A DNA stretch of 64,000 nt from Tetramitus jugosus. Taxonomy: Eukaryota; Protista; Heterolobosea. A model generated the notes under the pieces. It ran no database searches. It had not been told where the DNA came from and worked only from the letters and a program-made list of their open reading frames with translations. Of this stretch, positions 55,901 to 64,000 are shown piece after piece. Position 1 is the first letter of the stretch, and every line of letters starts with the position of its first letter. Location: assembly GCA_937625935.1 (NCBI GenBank), contig OW569353.1, positions 1 through 64,000 of the forward strand. Reading direction: 5' to 3'. The position numbers and the translations under genes are program-made.

Positions 55901-58900
55901 CATTAATCCAGAATGTCAAGGACGACAAGTTGGTTGATAGAGTTGTGACTTTTGGCTCCAAAATTGTTGAAACACTTGGATCAACCATTTCGCCAAATAT
56001 TGTAGGTCAGTTGTCTGCCTTGAGTTCAGTCGTCAAGGTGAATGCTGGCCGAGTGTTCACCACCACTTCTGGAGTGAAGTTGGTACACGAACTGTTGAGC
56101 AAGTATGAGAAACTTTCCGTTGAGGGATCAAGCGAGTATATGATCCCTGCTCTATTGATTACTAGTGCCATCACAGAACAGACGTTTACTTTGCTTGGAG
56201 AGGAAGGAAAACAATCCTTGCTAAGAAAAGTGGCATCTGTTCTCCTCACTACTGGTCAACCTGATGTTACCGCAGCATTGCAAGAGGCTATTAAGCCTTT
56301 GCCAGCATCATCAACACATTTGATTGCTTTGATTCCTCGTGTTGATCACTTAGTCTTATCCAATGATCAATCGATGGACTTGGACGAAGATCACTCTGAC
56401 ACCATTGATGAACTTGTCAATGTTTTGGAGATTATTCAAATCATGAGTCAAGTATCCAACAAGCAGGCATTGATTGAACCTTTGTTCAATATCCTTTCAG
56501 TATTTGAAAATGAGAATTTGGATATTGAACTGGAAAAGATTGATTATGCTACGAACATGATCTTTTCGACATTGAGAACCATCATTGAATCATTTGGAGC
56601 CATGGACGAAGCTATCAAGAAGCAAGTTCAATCTAAATTCAATATTGAGATGGTCATTCGTGCTCTCCAGAGTAACAAGTCCTCTCGTATTAAGAGTCAT
56701 GCAATTATGCTCATTGGTGAGCTTGCCAGAGTGTTCCCAGTCGACATCTTGACTCACATTGTAACTGTCATCAGAACAATGGAGCATGCAATCAGACAAA
56801 AGGATAACGTTACATTCCAAGTTATTCAAAACACTGTATTGCAAATTGTTCCTGAAGTTCTGCTCATGGGATCCAGTCCAGACACAATCATTTCTATTTT
56901 CGTCAAATGCTTCGACTATATCCCAGGAGAGAAGAGAATGGAATTCTATTCCAATTTGATCAAGGTTGTTTCCAGGAAAAAGTTGTTTGTTTTCATTGCA
57001 ATGCTTCTGTTGAAGAATGCTGAGTCAGCTAATGTTCAGGACGAAGAGAATTATGGATCTGATATTCTCACTTTTGCTCACGCTTTTACCGAATACTTTA
57101 AGATTCCAAAGCAATTGATATGCTTGTTGAGTTTGTCTAAGATTGCACTGAACATTGCAACAGATTCCTCAGTTCAACAAAGTGGATTTGATCTCTCTCA
57201 GCTATCTGCTGAGCAAATCAATAATCTATTGGAGGAGATTGTGACCTTTATTTCTACTCACTTTGCTTCAGTTGAATTCTTGAAGAATTTGATCGCTTAT
57301 GAACAGGACGACAGCACCCATGTTTGTCAGAAGCATTTGACAACACTTACAGAGACCTTGGTGTTGTCATGCTGCAAATACGGAGAGAAACAAACAGCCA
57401 ACATTGTTGCCTCATACACTAGAATTCAGCAATTGCTCCATGGAGATAGCTTTATCAGATTGATCAACAATCTTCTCAAGAACAGCGAGAGTAATGTGAG
57501 AGAAAAGGCGCTTGAAATCTTCAATGCTCAATTGGCTGACCTGACTCCTCAGGCCAACAGATTGGTGCGCAGTTCACAAGATTTGTTCATTGGCATGATT
57601 CCTGCTCTAGTCAAGATCATCTCATCTCAAGATGAAATCATGCTTAAGCAAGGAGCTATCATCTCTCTCGAGCTATTGTCAAGAAAGTTTGCTCAAGAGT
57701 CATCAGAACCATTGGTGAACTGTCTGCCTGTTGTTTTGAAACAACTAGAGGACAACTACAACGCACAAATCTCTTCCAGTTGTGCTCTCTGTCTGGCAAC
57801 CATGATTGTCGAGTTGGGTATCAACGCTCTGGAATATCTCCCATCCATTGTGAACACCTTGTTGAGAATCCTCCAAGCTACTTTCCCAAGCGAGAACGCG
57901 AAGAATCCAAGCAAGGGAATGCAGTTGCTGCAGATTACCAGTTTGAGTGCTATTGACTTGTTGATCAAGAAGCAATTGAACTTCTTGAGTCCATACATTT
58001 CCCAGATCTTGTCCACTTTGTTGCACCCTGTCCTGTTGCAATCATCCATCAAGAAGGTGAAAGGAAAGACTGAAGAAGTTTTGACATATTTGGCTGAGAA
58101 TGCTCAACTGAGACACATCTTGAAACCTTTGATCAAAACCTATGATGCATGTATCATGTTGGGAGACAATTCTGTGATCAGATTGTTAACATTGCTCAAT
58201 ACTGTCTTGGTCAACCCTGATGTCAAGGCAACCGAATCTCTGTATGATGAAGTTTCTGCATTCTTGATGCGCCTGTTTGATCATAGAAGACTGCACGATG
58301 CTGAGGATATTAGTGTGGTTGAGGAGCATATCTGCTCTCTATTCAAATCATGGATCATGAAGTTGAGTGAAAACATGTTCAGACCAATGCTCATCCAATT
58401 AATTGAGTGGGCTCGTGAGTCTAATCTCGATGGAGCATCTCAAAAGAAGCGCACTACTGGTTATGATGAGTACAGTGATGATGAGGAGGAAAACAATGGT
58501 GCAACCAACATTAACCGCTTGATCATGTTCTACAAGTTGATCAACACTACATTGAATGTTCTCCAGAGCATCTTTGTTCCATATTTCTCACTGTTGTTGG
58601 AATACTGTGCTACCGATCTGCAAGTATTGAATTCTGCTGATTTGGAGGTGCTGTCCGGTGATAACAACGCAACCTCGGGTCAGAAGAGAAAGAGAGAACA
58701 GATGACAGCATCTCGATCTGATATTGTTATTGGCGAAACCGAACACGAATGTATTTTGTTGATTGTGTCTGCCCTGCTCCTGTGCTTCACTCATGATGAT
58801 GATGGATTTATGCAAGAACAATCCAAGTTTGATCAAATTATGCAACCATTGGTTGATCAGTTGCAGAACGTTGGTGATGAAGACGGAGATGCTCAATACT

Positions 58901-59232
58901 TGGCTAAATACAACATTAGGTCAAAGGCTGTTGCAAAGTGCTTGGGCAAATTGGCAACTGTTGTTCCACATCAAACATGGAAGACCTTGCAATACCAAGT
59001 TCTCGTACAAACACAACGTACCACAACTCCAATCAAGTGCGGTGCTATCGGTACTCTCATTTCATTGTACACGACTGTTGGTCAAGAATTCGTATCAATG
59101 CTTCCAGAGTTGTTGCCATATATTGCTGAGTTGTTGGAGGATGATGACGACGTTGTCGTTCAAGAAACTCAACGATTGGTCCAAAAGGTTGAAGAGACAT
59201 GTGGTGAAGATCTTTCCAGATATATGAAATAA
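53000..59232 (+). CDS. UTP10: U3 snoRNP protein Utp10 / HEATR1; intron 53368-53513
   Basis: SFLFS..A, YFLLKPAHMALEYLIRRYK|IQVYNVDAIMTCILPYH, KLSENMFRP, LPELLPYIAELLED. Confidence 0.96.
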
Positions 59233-59352
59233 ACTATGTATCTTAGAACTTATGATTTATTTTCCATGCATGATTTAAGTGAAACTTCCTTTCAGAATCA
59301 TAATTCACAAGTCGATACGCGTGAGCTCTTTATTATATTGTTCCTAGTACTT

Positions 59353-61527
59353 CTATTGTTGCATTGCTCGAATTTCTTGATCGCCCAACACAGATCCCAT
59401 GTCGGCAGTCTCTGACTCGGGGGTGTTCATCTGCTCGGCAGCCTCCATCAATTCTCTATGTTTCAATTCAACCTTGAGCAACAAGATTTCTTCCACTTCA
59501 TCAACACTCAGAATGGCACGGAAACCAATTCTGTTGTGAGTGGAATTTGGATCCAATTTCCATTCGTCAGATGAATTGGAGGAATCATCCTTGGCAAAGA
59601 ACAGATTACCATAAGTTTTGCCTCTTTGAGACACCTCGGGCAAATATTCCTTGTGAATAATGTTGTTGACATCAATGTCACCATAGCGATACGATACATG
59701 CACGTACTGGTTTCTGAGAAATCCCTTTCTCTTGCAGAAAATGATTCTCTCTGTGGTCATGCAGTACATAATGTTCAGTCCTCGTAGAGAAATGGTGTAG
59801 TAGACGCCGGCAGCCAATGGAATTACACATGCAAAAACACCCATCGACGAAATGACAAGCGCTTGATTCAGAGGTGCAATAAATGCTGAAATGACACCAA
59901 ACAACAGACTGAGACACATGCTCATTGTGATAAAAATCAACGCATTTCTCAATGTCTTGCTGTGCTTGTAAGAATAGAGAGGAACATCGGCCCAATACAG
60001 TGATTCACCTTCGTGCAACTGTGACAACAAGTATCGACCGAGTTCATTCTCCGTACGCTTGTTTGTGTCCATAAAGTCCTGATTCTCCTGTCTTGCCTTC
60101 TCTACAGGATCACTCACACGTTGCCTACGCTTTGCCTTGTAATGATGAGACACCATTCTTGTTTCCTGTGCCTCGTTAATATCAGTAAATGATTTCCATG
60201 AGGGCAATGAGAGAGAGCGAGTCATATTGGATGACGCATCCTTGCTCGTATTTTTGTTAACAACAGAAACGCTGCCATTGGGTCCAATTCCACTCGTAAA
60301 GTCCTTTCTTGGTGTTGCCAACACTCCTGCTAGTGACGAAGATGATGAAGAAGCCACTGATGCACCAACCTGATTGTTTTGATCATCACGTGGCGATGGT
60401 GTACTCAACGCCTGTAAATTATCAGCAGAGTAGAATGACACTTTGGATGCAGCCTTCTTCTTCTTCAACACATTCCCGTTCATGTCCACTTGATCTCCAC
60501 TGCTGCTCATACTGCCAGTCACAGACTCACTGAGAGATCTTCCTCTACCGGTAGCAATCGGATCTACGATTGGTGGTACTCTCAACTGCATGTTACTACC
60601 ATTGTTATCAATGGAAAGACTGTCACTATTAAAATTCTTAAATGTCACTGTAATGTTCTGATGTTGATTGCGCTGCTGCACCATATCATTTACTCTACCA
60701 CTATGACCATCATCATCATCATCGTCATCATCATCAATGTGCTTGTGTCTTGGATGATGATTATTACTCTTATCAAAGTAACCTACATTGTGACCTCCTA
60801 TACCATGTGGACTCAAATCAATATCATCATTCAACACATTGATACCACCATTCTCACCATTCTCGTTTTCATCATTTTTATCATTATTCATTTTAATCGC
60901 AGTAGAAGTGTTCACATGAGAAGAACGATGCTGATGATGATTCGTGTTGGATACATTAGATGATAAATCATCATCATCATCATAGTCATCATAGTACTCA
61001 CCCTCAAAATCAACACCACCACCATCCTCCTTTTCTTGTTGTTGTCTCTGTTGCAAGTGTTGATTGGCCAAATTGGACAATGTCGTCGTAGAATACGAAT
61101 GAACAATTCCCGCGCTGTAAATTTTTTCATCCATTAATAGCTCAGCAACAGATGTTTCATTGAATGCACTACCAGTCTTTCTTCTTTTTCTCACATAGTT
61201 GCTTCTTCTTCTGTGATAAGTGATCATGGCTGCGAGAGAAACGAGTAGTGCCAATAGGAATAGTGCAATGGAAGGAGAAGAGTAAATGACAGTTTCTTTG
61301 GTGAAGGGTCGACCATCAAAAACGGTAGAGTTGGAGGCGCCGAGTGAATAGGATAGAGAGGATGATGAAAATGATGATGATGATGATGATGGATCCATTG
61401 GATGAGCATGTTGTTGTTGTTGTTGTTGTTGTTGGTTGGGATGAACAGGAGAGAAATGATGGGATGGTGATGAAGAATAGTATGAATGACAGAATTGTGT
61501 CATGTCATCATAATCCATGATTGTCAT
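59353..61527 (-). CDS. Membrane protein with long disordered loop and possible bacterial-PH-like C-terminal domain
   Basis: N-terminal TM, two further TMs, then YCMTTERIIF...YGNLFF. Confidence 0.65.
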   Translation of the reverse strand: MTIMDYDDMTQFCHSYYSSSPSHHFSPVHPNQQQQQQQQHAHPMDPSSSSSSFSSSSLSYSLGASNSTVFDGRPFTKETVIYSSPSIALFLLALLVSLAAMITYHRRRSNYVRKRRKTGSAFNETSVAELLMDEKIYSAGIVHSYSTTTLSNLANQHLQQRQQQEKEDGGGVDFEGEYYDDYDDDDDLSSNVSNTNHHQHRSSHVNTSTAIKMNNDKNDENENGENGGINVLNDDIDLSPHGIGGHNVGYFDKSNNHHPRHKHIDDDDDDDDDGHSGRVNDMVQQRNQHQNITVTFKNFNSDSLSIDNNGSNMQLRVPPIVDPIATGRGRSLSESVTGSMSSSGDQVDMNGNVLKKKKAASKVSFYSADNLQALSTPSPRDDQNNQVGASVASSSSSSLAGVLATPRKDFTSGIGPNGSVSVVNKNTSKDASSNMTRSLSLPSWKSFTDINEAQETRMVSHHYKAKRRQRVSDPVEKARQENQDFMDTNKRTENELGRYLLSQLHEGESLYWADVPLYSYKHSKTLRNALIFITMSMCLSLLFGVISAFIAPLNQALVISSMGVFACVIPLAAGVYYTISLRGLNIMYCMTTERIIFCKRKGFLRNQYVHVSYRYGDIDVNNIIHKEYLPEVSQRGKTYGNLFFAKDDSSNSSDEWKLDPNSTHNRIGFRAILSVDEVEEILLLKVELKHRELMEAAEQMNTPESETADMGSVLGDQEIRAMQQ

Positions 61528-61976
61528 GATGATGATGATTTGTTGTTGTTTGTTATGATGTCACGTGTTGTTTGATATTTTTTTTTTTGAAGATTTCTTT
61601 CTTTGAATCTCAGAAACCAGTTTCGGAGGAAAAAGCCGGAGTATCAAAAACCGTAGTTCGGCTACCTGTGGATACCTTACGGATGTGCAAAGGAAAATGG
61701 ACACCGATACCGTATTATGTTGATAAGTTGCTTGGACATGAATTTTTATCATAATAGTACATTAAGTTAGATATAGGTCGTTTTCATCTCGCCCAGAATC
61801 TGCAGGAGAAAGCCGATAGAATACTCAAAAATGTCTCTCATTTGTTTTGAACAAAGGAAGGAGACTACGGACAGTAAAAGTAGTTTTTGCTTTGTGGTGA
61901 TAGTGGTAATAGCGAGCTAGCTAGAGAGCCACAAGCAACCACGAGCAAATCAATATTGAGAAAACTCACTCGTCTC

Positions 61977-63210
61977 TCATTCAATCAAGGAGCCCGAGTT
62001 ATGAGGAGTGACCGATGGTTCCACCTGTTGACGCGATGCAACACTCTCAAACTGAACAGTCACAGAAAAGGTCTCAGGGTACTTTTTGTTGTGCTTTGCA
62101 TCCTTGTAAATCTTGTCCAATTCCAACTTTGGCAGAGTAATCGTATAATCGTCAATAAACTGAGTGTTCAACCAGAATTGACCCAACTTTTTATACTTTG
62201 CCCCATCTTGCTTCATCAACATAATCTTAAAGTCATCACTGACCACCGTGTTACACTTCATTTCAACGCTTGCATCAGTGACATCATATGCGACACCTTG
62301 AGTATGATTGGACGACTTGGCATCATCACTCTCATGATACTCATAAGTCACCTTGAACTCTGAATTGTAGACGCGGAAACTTAGTTTGGCTTTGAAGAGT
62401 GGAGCCGGATGCAGAGTAATCTTCTTGATGCGGAGTGCTTGATTGTCCGGATGGGGCGTCTCGAAATGACCATCCCAATTCACATCCTTGTTCAACTCGA
62501 GAACACGTCCCAAGTAGCGCACATAGCGTTGTTGACTAGGGATCGTTACGCCCTTCTTGTTCAGAGTTCTCGCAATGGCATAGAACTGTAGTGAATCAGT
62601 TGCAGTGGGCTGCATCTTTGAAAATAGCATGTAGGCGCAAATCATGACACCTGTTCGACCCTTTCCAGCCTTACAATGAATCACACCAATGTGTTTCTCA
62701 TTGTCCAACAACCATTTGTGAACATCTTGACAGAATGGAACAACAATGGACCATTTGGGTGCTTCATGATCATAAAATGAAAATGATTCTTCTACTCTAC
62801 CAAAAAATCTCTCCTTTTTATAGTGTCTCTCTGCACATAGATTATAGAGCTTGTAGCAGTCATTGTGTCTCGTGTTGAGAAATCGTTGAACTTCAGGCAT
62901 TGGATTTCTGAATAATCGTTCATAGTTTTCACTTGGAAAACCCATGGCAATAATATTATCAGTTACATCTATACATACATACATACATATATATATTATT
63001 CATCAAATATATCATCATTATTATGGATACAATTGAGGGATACATGTGAGTTGCGTGTCAGTTGGTTGTTTTGTCAATTATTAGATGATTATATGATGAT
63101 TATATGATGATGATAGGATACACACAAGTTAAATCTAGGTCAAAACCATGTTCATTGTCTTGATATCGTTTCTTCTTCTTTGATACGAGCCTCCTGAGTA
63201 CAATGGACAT
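61977..63210 (-). CDS. PTEN: PTEN phosphatase; intron 62969-63125
   Basis: VSKKKKRYQ..GFDLDLT|YVTDNIIAMGFP; HCKAGKGRTG; GVTIPSQQRYV; C2 domain with FWLNT. Confidence 0.96.
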
Positions 63211-64000
63211 TTTTCTTTGAGAAAATATAAATAGAGCTGTTTGCTTGCTGTTGTTGTTTGTTGCTGTTTGGTTTGTTTTGACTGTGCAGTGTCTGTCAAA
63301 AAAGTGCTGTCTATATCTCAAAGTGGGTGGTGCCTATCGTCTTGGAAGTGCTCTCTTTTTTGTTTGTTGTTTGCACGGTAAACAACCCGAATACGGTTTG
63401 GGAATTTTTTGGTCTTTGGCCAGAGTATTGAGAGGAGAGCTCTCTGTCCGCTGTTGGGAAATGTTGATGGATGATATGTTGTAAAAAATGGATTGCAACG
63501 ACATGAAAGGAGGCGGCGTTAGGAATGTCAAAAACAAGAAGAGACCAATAGGGAACAACAAGTAACAATGAAAGCCACAAGTTGACGAAGCGCAAATAGT
63601 TGATTGCCAAGGTATCGCCTGGCAGGGATAGCACTGGTGGAAGGAAGAACGTCGCAAAGTTACTCTTGACCGGCAACATTCATTTTCGGTTGAATGGCCA
63701 GCTTGGTCGGTGTTCACTTTTCAAGCGATGTGACATGTGATGGCTTCATATTTTCGATCAGGCACAAACAACTGCGTATTGTCGATCCATTACAAATAGA
63801 TGCTTCTCTTTTGGAGCACAGTAAGGATGTGGTGCACCAGCAGGACAGCATTTCATGTGTTTCTCTTGCCCTTCCATCAGTATCAAAGTTTTTACTCTTA
63901 CGGCACTTCCAGCAATTGATGGAACCGTAGCTCACCGCTTGATTCCCGCCACCACCAAAACAAGCATGAAAGAAACAGCAACACACGCATTTTGGACGAC

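Noticed and set aside
63311-64000. Short ORFs at the window end
   Set aside because: No recognisable motif or consistent frame; cannot support a call.

Overview
This is the left end of a eukaryotic (protist) chromosome, using the standard genetic code, in four zones. (1) 1-782: pure (CCCAAA)n telomere, G-strand TTTGGG. (2) 783-3053: a stack of short head-to-tail modules. Each ends in a conserved TAYGTVAY-AACCCAAACCC telomeric seed, and three carry arrays of palindromes whose arms co-vary between array types. (3) 3054-14885: an ~11.8-kb block closed by a fifth copy of the same terminus. It holds an intact GIY-YIG endonuclease ORF and a tightly packed, intronless, partly frameshifted virus-like cluster (VRR-NUC nuclease, M13 peptidase, F-box/LRR, ORFans). 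Decayed fragments and an intact TspO follow to ~20 kb. (4) ~20.1-64 kb: ordinary, intact, intron-poor host genes: IFI44-like GTPase, pseudo-hydrolase, DSP-gelsolin phosphatase, NAK kinase-ArfGAP, NDUFS4, profilin, alliinase/TAR-like, RING E3, LRR, PIGN, FYR-WD40, O-FucT-like, F-box, RUS1, RPLP2, UTP10, PTEN and two tRNAs. Gene style suggests a heterolobosean-like protist (inference only). The best candidate novel system is the family of telomere-seeded terminal modules, whose geometry fits RNA-templated terminal addition and which appears to bracket nuclease and virus-like cargo. No reverse transcriptase, capsid or DNA polymerase was recognised in the window. All protein calls are by motif recognition, not database search.
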